Numbered from the stretch's first letter, positions 1 to 15,010 are shown. The stretch: 64,000 nt of DNA from Nemertoderma westbladi (GCA_032718475.1 JAUCBJ010009103.1:186001-250000); one strand, 5' to 3'. A program made the numbers and translations. Notes: generated by a model not told the origin, from the sequence alone.

Positions 1-3000
1 CATTGGAACTAAATTCGCTTCCATTGGATCTAAATTAGCATACATTGGAACTAAATTCGCATCCATTGGAACTAAATTCGCATGCATTGGAACTAAATTC
101 GCTTCCATTGGAACTAAATTCGCATGCATTGAAACTAAATTCGCTTGCATTGGAACTAAATTCGCTTCCATTGGAACTAAATTCGCATGCATTGAAACTA
201 AATTCGCTTGCATTGGAACTAAATTCGCTTCTATTGGAACTAAATTCGCATGCATTGGAACTAAATTCGCTTCCATTGGAACTAAATTCGCTTCCATTGG
301 AACTAAATTCGCATGCATTGAAACTAAATTCGCTTGCATTGGAACTAAATTCGCTTCCATTGGAACTAAATTCGCAAGCATTGGAACTAAATTCGCTTCC
401 ATTGGAGCTAAATTCGCATGCATTGGAACTAAATTCGCTTCCATTGGAACTAAATTCGCATGCATTGAAACTAAATTCGCTTGCATTGGAACTAAATTCG
501 CTTCCATTGGAACTAAATTCGCTTCCATTGGAACTAAATTCTCATGCATTGGAACTAAATTCGCTTCCATTGGAACTAAATTCGCTTCCATTGGAACTAA
601 ATTCGCTTCCATTGGAACTAAATTCGCTTCCATTGGATCTAAATTAGCATACATTGGAACTAAATTCGCATCCATTGGAACTAAATTCGCATGCATTGGA
701 ACTAAATTCGCTTCCATTGGAACTAAATTCGCATGCATTGAAACTAAATTCGCTAGCATTGGAACTAAATTCGCTTCCATTGGAACTAAATTCGCTTCCA
801 TTGGAACTAAATTCTCATGCATTGGAACTAAATTCTCATGCATTGGAACTAAATTCGCTTCCATTGGAACTAAATTCGCTTCCATTGGAACTAAATTCGC
901 TTCCATTGGAACTAAATTCGCATGCATTGGAACTAAATTCGCTTCCATTGGAACTAAATTCGCATGCATTGAAACTAAATTCGCATGCATTGGAACTAAA
1001 TTCGCATCCATTGGAACTAAATTCGCATCCATTGGAACTAAATTCGCATGCATTGGAACTAAATTCGCTTCCATTGGAACTAAATTCGCATGCATTGAAA
1101 CTAAATTCGCTTCCATTGGAACTAAATTCGCTTCCATTGGAACTAAATTCGCATGCATTGGAACTAAATTCGCATCCATTGGAACTAAATTCGCATGCAT
1201 TGGAACTAAATTCGCATGCATTGAAACTAAATTCGCTTGCATTGGAACTAAATTCGCTTCCATTGGAACTAAATTCGCTTCCATTGGAACTAAATTCGCT
1301 TCCATTGGAACTAAATTCGCTTCCATTGGATCTAAATTAGCATACATTGGAACTAAATTCGCATCCATTGGAACTAAATTCGCATGCATTGGAACTAAAT
1401 TCGCTTCCATTGGAACTAAATTCGCATGCATTGAAACTAAATTCGCTTGCATTGGAACTAAATTCGCTTCCATTGGAACTAAATTCGCATGCATTGAAAC
1501 TAAATTCGCTTGCATTGGAACTAAATTCGCTTCCATTGGAACTAAATTCGCATGCATTGGAACTAAATTCGCTTCCATTGGAACTAAATTCGCTTCCATT
1601 GGAACTAAATTCGCATGCATTGAAACTAAATTCGCTTGCATTGGAACTAAATTCGCTTCCATTGGAACTAAATTCGCAAGCATTGGAACTAAATTCGCTT
1701 CCATTGGAGCTAAATTCGCATGCATTGGAACTAAATTCGCTTCCATTGGAACTAAATTCGCATGCATTGAAACTAAATTCGCTTGCATTGGAACTAAATT
1801 CGCTTCCATTGGAACTAAATTCGCTTCCATTGGAACTAAATTCTCATGCATTGGAACTAAATTCGCTTCCATTGGAACTAAATTCGCTTCCATTGGAACT
1901 AAATTCGCTTCCATTGGAACTAAATTCGCTTCCATTGGATCTAAATTAGCATACATTGGAACTAAATTCGCATCCATTGGAACTAAATTCGCATGCATTG
2001 GAACTAAATTCGCTTCCATTGGAACTAAATTCGCATGCATTGAAACTAAATTCGCTTGCATTGGAACTAAATTCGCTTCCATTGGAACTAAATTCGCTTC
2101 CATTGGAACTAAATTCTCATGCATTGGAACTAAATTCTCATGCATTGGAACTAAATTCGCTTCCATTGGAACTAAATTCGCTTCCATTGGAACTAAATTC
2201 GCTTCCATTGGAACTAAATTCGCATGCATTGGAACTAAATTCGCTTCCATTGGAACTAAATTCGCATGCATTGAAACTAAATTCGCATGCATTGGAACTA
2301 AATTCGCATCCATTGGAACTAAATTCGCATCCATTGGAACTAAATTCGCATGCATTGGAACTAAATTCGCTTCCATTGGAACTAAATTCGCATGCATTGA
2401 AACTAAATTCGCTTCCATTGGAACTAAATTCGCTTCCATTGGAACTAAATTCGCATGCATTGGAACTAAATTCGCATCCATTGGAACTAAATTCGCATGC
2501 ATTGGAACTAAATTCGCATGCATTGAAACTAAATTCGCTTGCATTGGAACTAAATTCGCTTCCATTGGAACTAAATTCGCTTCCATTGGAACTAAATTCA
2601 CTTCCATTGGAACTAAATTCGCATGCATTGGAACTAAATTCGCATCCATTGGAACTAAATTCGCATGCATTGGAACTAAATTCGCATCCATTGGAACTAA
2701 ATTCGCATGCATTGAAACTAAATTCGCTTGCATTGGAACTAAATTCGCTTCCATTGGAACTAAATTCGCTTCCATTGGAACTAAATTCTCTTCCATTGGA
2801 ACTAAATTCGCATCCATTGGAACTAAATTCGCATGCATTGGAACTAAATTCGCATGCATTGAAACTAAATTCGCTTGCATTGGAACTAAATTCGCTTCCA
2901 TTGGAACTAAATTCGCTTCCATTGGAACTAAATTCGCTTCCATTGGAACTAAATTCGCTTCCATTGGAACTAAATTCGCTTCCATTGGAACTAAATTCGC

Positions 3001-6000
3001 TTCCATTGGAACTAAATTCGCTTCCATTGGAACTAAATTCGCTTGCATTGGAACTAAATTCGCTTCCATTGGAACTAAATTCGCATGCATTGGAACTAAA
3101 TTCGCTTCCATTGGAACTAAATTCGCTTCCATTGGAACTAAATTCGCTTCCATTGGAACTAAATTCGCATGCATTGGAACTAAATTCGCTTCCATTGGAA
3201 CTAAATTCGCATGCATTGGAACTAAAGTCGCTTCCATTGGAACTAAATTCGCTTCCATTGGAACTAAATTCGCATGCATTGGAACTAAAGTCGCTTCCAT
3301 TGGAACTAAATTCGCTTCCATTGGAACTAAATTCGCTTCCATTGGAACTAAATTCGCTTCCATTGGAACTAAATTCGCATGCATTGGAACTAAATTCGCT
3401 TCCATTGGAACTAAATACGCATGCATTGGAACTAAATTCGCTTGCATTGGAACTAAATTCGCTTCCATTGGAACTAAATTCGCATCCATTGGAACTAAAT
3501 TCGCTTCCATTGGAACTAAATTCGCATGCATTGGAACTAAATTCGCATCCATTGGAACTAAATTCGCATCCATTGGAACTAAATTCGCTTCCATTGGAAC
3601 TAAATTCGCATGCATTGAAACTAAATTCGCTTCCATTGGAACTAAATTCGCTTCCATTGGAACTAAATTCGCATGCATTGAAACTAAATTCGCTTGCATT
3701 GGAACTAAATTCGCTTCCATTGGAACTAAATTCGCATGCATTGGAACTAAATTAGCTTCCATTGGAACTAAATTCGCTTCCATTGGAACTAAATTCGCAT
3801 GCATTGAAACTAAATTCGCTTGCATTGGAACTAAATTCGCTTCCATTGGAACTAAATTCGCATGCATTGGAACTAAATTCGCTTCCATTGGAACTAAATT
3901 CGCATGCATTGGAACTAAATTCGCTTCCATTGGAACTAAATTCGCATGCATTGAAACTAAATTCGCTTGCATTGGAACTAAATTCGCTTCCATTGGAACT
4001 AAATTCGCTTCCATTGGAACTAAATTCTCATGCATTGGAACTAAATTCGCTTCCATTGGAACTAAATTCGCTTCCATTGGAACTAAATTCGCTTCCATTG
4101 GAACTAAATTCGCTTCCATTGGATCTAAATTAGCATACATTGGAACTAAATTCGCATCCATTGGAACTAAATTCGCATGCATTGGAACTAAATTCGCTTC
4201 CATTGGAACTAAATTCGCATGCATTGAAACTAAATTCGCTTGCATTGGAACTAAATTCGCTTCCATTGGAACTAAATTCGCATGCATTGAAACTAAATTC
4301 GCTTGCATTGGAACTAAATTCGCTTCCATTGGAACTAAATTCGCATGCATTGGAACTAAATTCGCTTCCATTGGAACTAAATTCGCTTCCATTGGAACTA
4401 AATTCGCATGCATTGAAACTAAATTCGCTTGCATTGGAACTAAATTCGCTTCCATTGGAACTAAATTCGCAAGCATTGGAACTAAATTCGCTTCCATTGG
4501 AGCTAAATTCGCATGCATTGGAACTAAATTCGCTTCCATTGGAACTAAATTCGCATGCATTGAAACTAAATTCGCTTGCATTGGAACTAAATTCGCTTCC
4601 ATTGGAACTAAATTCGCTTCCATTGGAACTAAATTCTCATGCATTGGAACTAAATTCGCTTCCATTGGAACTAAATTCGCTTCCATTGGAACTAAATTCG
4701 CTTCCATTGGAACTAAATTCGCTTCCATTGGATCTAAATTAGCATACATTGGAACTAAATTCGCATCCATTGGAACTAAATTCGCATGCATTGGAACTAA
4801 ATTCGCTTCCATTGGAACTAAATTCGCATGCATTGAAACTAAATTCGCTTGCATTGGAACTAAATTCGCTTCCATTGGAACTAAATTCGCTTCCATTGGA
4901 ACTAAATTCTCATGCATTGGAACTAAATTCTCATGCATTGGAACTAAATTCGCTTCCATTGGAACTAAATTCGCTTCCATTGGAACTAAATTCGCTTCCA
5001 TTGGAACTAAATTCGCTTCCATTGGAACTAAATTCGCTTCCATTGGATCTAAATTAGCATACATTGGAACTAAATTCGCATCCATTGGAACTAAATTCGC
5101 ATGCATTGGAACTAAATTCGCTTCCATTGGAACTAAATTCGCATGCATTGAAACTAAATTCGCTTGCATTGGAACTAAATTCGCTTCCATTGGAACTAAA
5201 TTCGCATGCATTGAAACTAAATTCGCTTGCATTGGAACTGAATTCGCTTCCATTGGAACTAAATTCGCATGCATTGGAACTAAATTCGCTTCCATTGGAA
5301 CTAAATTCGCTTCCATTGGAACTAAATTCGCATGCATTGAAACTAAATTCGCTTGCATTGGAACTAAATTCGCTTCCATTGGAACTAAATTCGCAAGCAT
5401 TGGAACTAAATTCGCTTCCATTGGAGCTAAATTCGCATGCATTGGAACTAAATTCGCTTCCATTGGAACTAAATTCGCATGCATTGAAACTAAATTCGCT
5501 TGCATTGGAACTAAATTCGCTTCCATTGGAACTAAATTCGCTTCCATTGGAACTAAATTCTCATGCATTGGAACTAAATTCGCTTCCATTGGAACTAAAT
5601 TCGCTTCCATTGGAACTAAATTCGCTTCCATTGGAACTAAATTCGCATGCATTGGAACTAAATTCGCTTCCATTGGAACTAAATTCGCATGCATTGAAAC
5701 TAAATTCGCATGCATTGGAACTAAATTCGCATCCATTGGAACTAAATTCGCATCCATTGGAACTAAATTCGCATGCATTGGAACTAAATTCGCTTCCATT
5801 GGAACTAAATTCGCATGCATTGAAACTAAATTCGCTTCCATTGGAACTAAATTCGCTTCCATTGGAACTAAATTCGCATGCATTGGAACTAAATTCGCAT
5901 CCATTGGAACTAAATTCGCATGCATTGGAACTAAATTCGCATGCATTGAAACTAAATTCGCTTGCATTGGAACTAAATTCGCTTCCATTGGAACTAAATT

Positions 6001-8545
6001 CGCTTCCATTGGAACTAAATTCGCTTCCATTGGAACTAAATTCGCTTCCATTGGATCTAAATTAGCATACATTGGAACTAAATTCGCATCCATTGGAACT
6101 AAATTCGCATGCATTGGAACTAAATTCGCTTCCATTGGAACTAAATTCGCATGCATTGAAACTAAATTAGCTTGCATTGGAACTAAATTCGCTTCCATTG
6201 GAACTAAATTCGCATGCATTGAAACTAAATTCGCTTGCATTGGAACTAAATTCGCTTCCATTGGAACTAAATTCGCATGCATTGGAACTAAATTCGCTTC
6301 CATTGGAACTAAATTCGCTTCCATTGGAACTAAATTCGCATGCATTGAAACTAAATTCGCTTGCATTGGAACTAAATTCGCTTCCATTGGAACTAAATTC
6401 GCAAGCATTGGAACTAAATTCGCTTCCATTGGAGCTAAATTCGCATGCATTGGAACTAAATTCGCTTCCATTGGAACTAAATTCGCATGCATTGAAACTA
6501 AATTCGCTTGCATTGGAACTAAATTCGCTTCCATTGGAACTAAATTCGCTTCCATTGGAACTAAATTCTCATGCATTGGAACTAAATTCGCTTCCATTGG
6601 AACTAAATTCGCTTCCATTGGAACTAAATTCGCTTCCATTGGAACTAAATTCGCTTCCATTGGATCTAAATTAGCATACATTGGAACTAAATTCGCATCC
6701 ATTGGAACTAAATTCGCATGCATTGGAACTAAATTCGCTTCCATTGGAACTAAATTCGCATGCATTGAAACTAAATTCGCTTGCATTGGAACTAAATTCG
6801 CTTCCATTGGAACTAAATTCGCTTCCATTGGAACTAAATTCTCATGCATTGGAACTAAATTCTCATGCATTGGAACTAAATTCGCTTCCATTGGAACTAA
6901 ATTCGCTTCCATTGGAACTAAATTCGCATGCATTGGAACTAAATTCGCTTCCATTGGAACTAAATTCGCATGCATTGAAACTAAATTCGCATGCATTGGA
7001 ACTAAATTCGCATCCATTGGAACTAAATTCGCATCCATTGGAACTAAATTCGCATGCATTGGAACTAAATTCGCTTCCATTGGAACTAAATTCGCATGCA
7101 TTGAAACTAAATTCGCTTCCATTGGAACTAAATTCGCTTCCATTGGAACTAAATTCGCATGCATTGGAACTAAATTCGCATCCATTGGAACTAAATTCGC
7201 ATGCATTGGAACTAAATTCGCATGCATTGAAACTAAATTCGCTTGCATTGGAACTAAATTCGCTTCCATTGGAACTAAATTAGCTTCCATTGGAACTAAA
7301 TTCACTTCCATTGGAACTAAATTCGCATGCATTGGAACTAAATTCGCATCCATTGGAACTAAATTCGCATGCATTGGAACTAAATTCGCATCCATTGGAA
7401 CTAAATTCGCATGCATTGAAACTAAATTCGCTTGCATTGGAACTAAATTCGCTTCCATTGGAACTAAATTCGCTTCCATTGGAACTAAATTCTCTTCCAT
7501 TGGAACTAAATTCGCATCCATTGGAACTAAATTCGCATGCATTGGAACTAAATTCGCATGCATTGAAACTAAATTCGCTTGCATTGGAACTAAATTCGCT
7601 TCCATTGGAACTAAATTCGCTTCCATTGGAACTAAATTCCCTTCCATTGGAACTAAATTCGCTTCCATTGGAACTAAATTCGCTTCCATTGGAACTAAAT
7701 TCGCTTCCATTGGAACTAAATTCGCATGCATTGGAACTAAATTCGCATCCATTGGAACTAAATTCGCATGCATTGGAACTAAATTCGCTTCCATTGGAAC
7801 TAAATTCGCATGCATTGAAACTAAATTCGCTTCCATTGGAACTAAATTCGCTTCCATTGGAACTAAATTCGCATGCATTGAAACTAAATTCGCTTGCATT
7901 GGAACTAAATTCGCTTCCATTGGCACTAAGTTCGCTTCCATTGGAACTAAATTCGCTTCCATTGGAACTAAGTTCGTTTTGATATTATGGGATTGGAACT
8001 AAGTTCGTTTTGATATTCTGGGATTGGAACTAAATTCGCTTCCATTGGAACTAAATTCGCATGCATTGGAACTAAATTCGCATCCATTGGAACTAAATTC
8101 GCATGCATTGGAACTAAATTCGCTTCCATTGGAACTAAATTCGCATGCATTGAAACTAAATTCGCTTCCATTGGAACTAAATTCGCTTCCATTGGAACTA
8201 AATTCGCTTCCATTGGAACTAAATTCGCTTCCATTGGAACTAAATTCGCTTCCATTGGAACTAAATTCGCATGCATTGGAACTAAATTCGCATCCATTGG
8301 AACTAAATTCGCATGCATTGGAACTAAATTCGCTTCCATTGGAACTAAATTCGCATGCATTGAAACTAAATTCGCTTCCATTGGAACTAAATTCGCTTCC
8401 ATTGGAACTAAATTCGCATGCATTGAAACTAAATTCGCTTGCATTGGAACTAAATTCGCTTCCATTGGCACTAAGTTCGCTTCCATTGGAACTAAGTTCG
8501 CTTCCATTGGAACTAAATTAGCTTCCATTTGAACTAAATTCGTGC
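1..8545. repeat. 21-bp satellite/minisatellite array (consensus CATTGGAACTAAATTCGCTTC) with higher-order repeats; continues off the left edge
   Basis: About 400 head-to-tail 21-mers with a few recurrent variants (CTTC/CATG/CATC/CTTG, GGAA/GAAA). A marker variant GGATCTAAATTAGCATAC recurs at 609/693-bp intervals. Confidence 0.98.
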
Positions 8546-8990
8546 TACCTCTAGGTCATATGCTCTCATGTAACCTTTCTGATGAAGCCGATATGAAACG
8601 TACAAAATGTTCTCTGTATTGCCGTGGCAATCAACTTACAAGATATTTTTCAAACTACGAATTCTATAAAGTCTACTTTGTTTAAATGTTACTGTTACAA
8701 TCTATATCGTGCTTTATGGTCGGTATTTCGGGTGGAATCCTTGCGTAAAGTAAAGGTTTCATATAATATGGGTTTTAGGTTGCTATTTAAATATAGTAGA
8801 AACGACGATGCCGACACTATGTTTGTCCAAAATCGCGTTAATACCTTTACGAGTACACACCGGGTACCTATTTACTCCTTGTTGAATCGTATATCGAAGT
8901 CTAATAACTCTATTATTTCTGCTTGTTATAATGGTTGCTCTGAGTCAGTCCTTCGGGACCGTTGGAACACACTATTAAAGTAATTAATTA
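8546..8990 (+). mobile_element. Degraded 3' fragment of a non-LTR retrotransposon ORF2 (post-RT region, RTEX-like)
   Basis: Translates from 8554 as GHMLSCNLSDEADMKRTKCSLYCRGNQLTRYF. After a frameshift it reads KSTLFKCYCYNLY..LW..LRKVKVSYNMGFRLL..MFVQNRVNTF..YSLLNRISKSNNSII, the typical C-terminal tail after the YLG motif of LINE RTs. Confidence 0.75.
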
Positions 8991-11900
8991 TCTGTAATAG
9001 TCATTTAACCACAGTTAATGCCGGTGCTTACACCGGTTCAGATCTGGGAAACACTTTCCCCTGGATGAATTGATTGTTTCCACAATGGATGTCTTGCAGA
9101 TGATTTTCCCTCAGAATTTCCTTAATTCCCCCAGAAATTATTCGTCCGAATAATTTCCTTCCCTGTATAACAACCCACACCTGAGTTGTGCTGCGAAGTT
9201 AATACCATTGATATAAAAAATTTAGAAAGTAATAATACTTCACAAAATTATATTAATAATTGATTAAATCTATATAATATTGGGTTATAGTGCATGTCAA
9301 TGATAAAATATGAGTGTACAGTACAGTTATCAATTTAATAACGAAAAAGAATACGCACATCTGCACGTGCAGGCAACATGGTTAATCACCCACACAGCAC
9401 ATTACTAGCGAGAAAAATGCAATATATGATAAAATAATGCTGCACTACCACACCAATTAATCTCTATAAACAAATATATATTTATTGAAAATTTAATGTA
9501 ATTAACCGAGAGAATACACATTATAATTTTGAAACAATCATAAAACTAAATCACTCTTCAAAAAAGCAAAATGAAAAGTTTTTTTGCAAATACCAAAACT
9601 GATTCACATAAACTAATACCAAAGCAATAATATTTTTATATTTTTAGCGGGGACTTTATATTTAAATATAAAATACACAAAATAGATTCAAGCCTGAAAA
9701 AATTTGAAATAATTCTTTATTTAATTTTAATTATTTAATTTATTTATTATTTTCTTACTTATAATAAAGTATTAATAATATAAAATAAAAGGCCCAATGT
9801 TATTTTTTTCCAGTGTACATAAATTTAAATTTGATCAGCTACTAATATCTACGTAGCTACAAAATAGTATCATCAGTCAATGAAAACAAAATATTGTGGG
9901 GTGAGCAACATCAGTGATGGAGCCATTAGTACTATTACTTGATTGATTAGCTAGGAGTGATGTTGATTTGTTCTGCTGAATGTCTTGGTCATATTCCTCT
10001 CCGAGTAACAGAACACCACCCCATATAAGGAACAAATGGGAATCTCCTGTTAAAATGCCTTTTGCTCTTACATGTTGCTTAAACACCCCACAACATATAA
10101 TGCAATTTATTTTGAAGTAAATATATACACAATGGGTATGACATACATTGATATTTTTAGTAGTTAATATTTCTAGATCGAAAATAAATTTTCACATATA
10201 ATAAGTGATAAGTGGTTTATTTACGCTTAATAAATTATTTTTTATGAGCAATAAATTATTTTTTGCGCGTCATTATTATGCTTAATATTAACAAATAAAA
10301 ATACCAAATGTGTGCCACAAATCTGATGACACGCGAATCAAATAAAATATAAAGCAACTTAACTGAACTACTTTTATTATTACTTGCTATTTTGTTGATA
10401 ATAAATAGAATTAAAAGAAATAAGACAGGCCTAGCGAACATCAATCTAAAAATAAATTTATTGAAATTAACTATAATATCTAACAATAACAAGTTGAACT
10501 ATAACTACACAAAATGAAACACAAGTAATTGATTATGGATTAATCATGTCTGCATTTTGGGTAAAGTTACTGACTATCACCAAAACCATGCTAAGAATCC
10601 TATATTTGCTGCGTATATTTGCTGCGAATTGTAAGTAAGTAGTATATTGCAGGCAGTCCCAGCATATTATGTAACTTTATGAGACCCACTCATATAAATA
10701 ATCAAATAATACACTGACAGTAGTACCGGAAACAAGTATCCATCCATCCATTCTGTAAGAATCACATGAAAATGTAATAATAATACCATACAGACTGCTA
10801 CATTGCCTAGCAACCTGGAAGATAGAGATATTCCTATTATCAACTCGGAACTTCGGAAAAATAATAGACAGATAGGTAACGGTACTCTACATGGCAATAA
10901 ATTGCATTACGTCGCAGTCAGACAAGTAAGATTGTATAACAATCTTACAAAAAATATACTATAATTATATTGGGAACTATTTATAAATTAACAGAACATT
11001 AAAAGTCAAAGTTCCAACATTATAACAAAAAAAACGTACATGTAAAATAGTGGTACCTCTGGAATACTAATACTAATGAAATGTAAGTCTGTTAGGATAT
11101 CAGCATAATATTCGTTCAGTAGAATAGCCTAACTCGAAAGGAAACAATAATAATGGATAGAAAACCAGTAACCGGTAATAATAATAATACTAAAACTAAA
11201 TTAAAAACACACACAATAATGGTAGTCACGGTTACACACAAACTATAACTTAAAAAAACGACCCACAACAACTAATTATTATAGCATAGCAAACAGCTCT
11301 AGTTTCTGACTGATAAACATTCAGAGTTATATATATATAGCTACTGACAATAAAGTACATTTAATTATAAATATTCTCCTATCAACATAAAAATTATTTA
11401 AATAAATATAATATAATCACACTGCATATACAAAAGGCAATATGACTGTGTATATTGGAGGCAGGCCGTTTAATGGAACTGTAAAAGTAAGGTGGTTTTG
11501 CTTTAGTTAGATAAGTTAGGCTCTAAATACTAAGTATATTATAGTATATATATATTGTATGTATATATATATTGTATATGTATATATATATTAAGTTGGG
11601 GTTCATTATTACAATATTACATTAACCTATAAGTTAACCAAGACACTGCCACCCACAACTAGAAGTCTCATTAATGTTGTTTTACTGTTAATTAAAAGAA
11701 CATTTAATTGCAAACACAAGTAGGAAGCTACTACACTATGATATTATGTATAATATTACATACAAAACAAAATGTAATTCGATGAGGTGTCGCGTTGTCA
11801 CATGATATTAATTAATTAATGATGACATAAGGTAGCTAAATACATACATACAGCGTCAGGAAATATTGTATGGTGTCACGCAATTTTTATTTATTTCCCG

Positions 11901-12489
11901 TGCAATATAATAGTGAAAGAAAAAAAGTGAATGAGTTTATAATAGCAATTGGGTTAATTAATGAAAATAATTAGGGAACAAATTAGCACCCATACACTAC
12001 ATGCAAATCGCTTAATTAATTAGTCAAACTAAAATAAAATAATGTAAGTGATATCAATTAGAAAATAAAGCTGCACCGATTGGCAAACTATATAATACCT
12101 GGAACATTATGGGTGTCAACTACCTCAAACAAAAAGGTGTTGCCGAGATAGAAAATTGCAAGTTGAAAGGAAACTATATTGGCAAAATAACATCTACCAA
12201 ACTTATGTACCATATTAATATTATTGTAATAATGTTATTATATATTAAATACAAATTTTAATAGTGCTGTCACACAAAAATAGCATTGGGTTCACTAATT
12301 ATTATTGTTAATCGCTACAAAAATTGAAAAAGGAACTAATAAATTTGCCAATACGCGTTGTTCAATATTATTTGCACATAAAAAGCTACGGAGAGTAATT
12401 GAAACTGCCATAAGCACGGGTCACTAATATATCTAGGCCTAACTAATACTCTGGACTCTTGGATTAATGTACTTACACTGTTATTGCAA

Positions 12490-12765
12490 ATCTTTTTTAG
12501 ATATATTTTTTTATTTTTGATTTATTAATTTTAGAAGGCAATTTTTATATTTTTTTACAATTTTTTTTACAAACTTTTATTATTATTTTTTTTTGTTTTA
12601 TAGGTTTTTAAATATTTTTTTGTAATTTTTTATATTAAATTATTAAATTTTTATTTTTTTTTATTTTTTTTATTTTTTTTTTATATTTTTTTTATATTTT
12701 TTTTTATATTTTTTTTTATTTTATAATTTTTTATTTTTTTTTTACATATTAAATATTTTTATACA
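12490..12765. repeat. T-rich low-complexity tract
   Basis: Long runs of T interrupted by A, with almost no G or C. Confidence 0.85.
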
Positions 12766-13419
12766 AATTGCATTAAGTATATAGAAAAGTATAAGCATAT
12801 AACGAAACTAATTGAGTAGTAGGCAGATAATGAGATTGGGAATTGATAGGTAGACAATGAAAGGCACACTATTAATAGCTAATGCTCGCTCATTTGTCTA
12901 AATACTAAATATTGGCTTAGCTAAGAAACCGAAATAATTCAATAATAATATAATATAACTAACCCTTTATAGATACATAAACAATAAACTTTATTATAAT
13001 TAATTAACTATACAAATATGGTTGTAATATAATATATATATTGACTTTATATTAATATGGGAATATTATATTTATTGACAGAAAGGTAAGCTTTTGTGAT
13101 TGCATAATAGCACCATATACCAAACCCAACACAGTAACTATGTTTGATTAAAAAAAACCAACCTTTCAAAGCCTATGGAAATGCACCAGTTTAAGTTAAT
13201 GAGGCGTTGCTATAGAAACAATGTTCAGTCAATAATAGCTACAATATAATTGGATAATGTTAAACTAGAGAAAGAGATTGGTCGTCGCTTATTGCCGACT
13301 TACAGACTCTTATATTATTACTCACATACCTCGCAGTAACCAAGCAACCACAGTAAACAATGGGAAATACTTATGTTATGTACCAGTATGGTGACTCTAA
13401 AAGTCTCTCTCTTGGCTGT

Positions 13420-13655
13420 GTAACAATAACAATAACAATAACAATAACTCTCCAGGATGGACACTACATAACTATCCAACCATTTTTCTTTACAAATCAT
13501 AACAAACGTTTAATGGGGAACCCAGGTTCCCACACCAGTTACCAAAGAGAAACAAACTCGGCAGGGATCGAACCCAGGACCCTCTCAGCTAGAAGCAAAC
13601 CGAGTGGCCACTCACCTGCGAGTGGCCAAACACTGACCACTCACTCCACTGGTCA
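13420..13655 (-). mobile_element. tRNA-derived SINE with (TTATTG)n tail
   Basis: Minus strand shows an A-box-like AGTGGAGTGAGTGG, a B-box GGTTCGATCC (~13565-13574) and a 3' tail of TTATTG repeats (13420-13448). Confidence 0.6.
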
Positions 13656-14917
13656 ATAAATACTTCAGGACTTCGTGGTACATGGTGGGAATGCATAGTT
13701 ATGAACTATGGAAGATGTTCAAATTTCCACAACAGTAACGAAAATTACAGGCCTATAAATTTGTTCATGCTGAAATAATGCTCTTTTAAATCATTTTTAT
13801 TTCATCATAGTTGCTTAGTTGACTGCTGGTAACAAATAAAACATTGAATCCATCGTACTGAATAAGTGGCCTATAATATTTAATGATAGTGCACACGGTT
13901 TTCATTTGGGATAAATTTCATGGGCTTATAAAAAAATTTTGTATTCTTTAAATATAAAGTTTTGACCAATAGACACAAATTTCATGTGGTGTGTGCACTA
14001 GTACTGCTATAGCTTAAATAAATTATAATACAATTTCATGTGAACTACAAAATTATATTTTAATGGTAAATAACATTAAAAAACAAAAAAGTAATTATAT
14101 TCTCAAAAAAAAAAACTTTTAGGAATCCAATTATTAATTGTAGTGATAAAATATATAATAATTTGCATTACGAATAGATTAGTTATAGGCAGTTAGTCAT
14201 AGATTAGGCGAACACAAGTTATGAAAGCAGGCCTATAAATTATAGTTGTACTAAATAATAATGTAGTATTATTGTAATAGCCACAAAACCCTTAGCCTAG
14301 GAGAAAAACGTACAAAGCACCAAAATGTACAACAGTAAATAAAACCTTAGCCTACACTAAAATTATCCTAAAATTAAACCAACGATAGATATGGAATACA
14401 GAATTACACAAAAATGGCAAATGTCACTTTTTTTTTTATATATATATTTTTTTTTATATAAAAAAGACGCACTGTTAGTAATAATGACAACATGGATAAA
14501 ACCAACCAAATACAAAAGTTAATAAACTGATTTTGAAATTAATAATCATCTTTGATAGTAATTTCAAATTGACTCACATTGCAATAAAAATATGACTAAA
14601 CACAAATATTGATTATAGTTACTAAGCAACGATCTGGCAAGTGGTGAATAAGAATAAATAGACAGCAAAATGGTGCCTCAAAATTACAAACAAGTGGACG
14701 GGAAAACAGAGATGAAAATGGGAATGATTGACATGTGTAATAGATATTCTATTGAGAATCCAGGCGGCATCATTGGTTACAACATAATCATATTCCTTCA
14801 TTTGTACCTGACAGACTCTCAGTAAGTCTGGGTATTATTTTGTGGGGAGAGCAATTAATTATAACCCCATAGTGTGTATAAATAGTTTATTATAGTAAAA
14901 TCTTAACAAGTAGTGGC

Positions 14918-15010
14918 CGTTTGTTCTAACACTGGGAACGTTTGTTCTAACACTGGGAACGTTTGTTCTAACACTGGGAACGTTTGTTCTAACACTGGAA
15001 ACGTTTGTTC
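14918..15010. repeat. 21-bp minisatellite (CGTTTGTTCTAACACTGGGAA) x ~4.5
   Basis: Direct tandem copies visible. Confidence 0.9.

Noticed and set aside
45-8528. Long leucine-rich heptad ORFs (LELNSLP)n and their antisense (MEANLVP)n
   Set aside because: These are translations of a 21-bp satellite. The plus-strand starts are TTG within the monomer, and there is no unique coding flank or splice context.
1-8545. CRISPR-like array
   Set aside because: Units are head-to-tail with no unique spacers, there are no cas genes, and the context is eukaryotic. The same applies to the other arrays.
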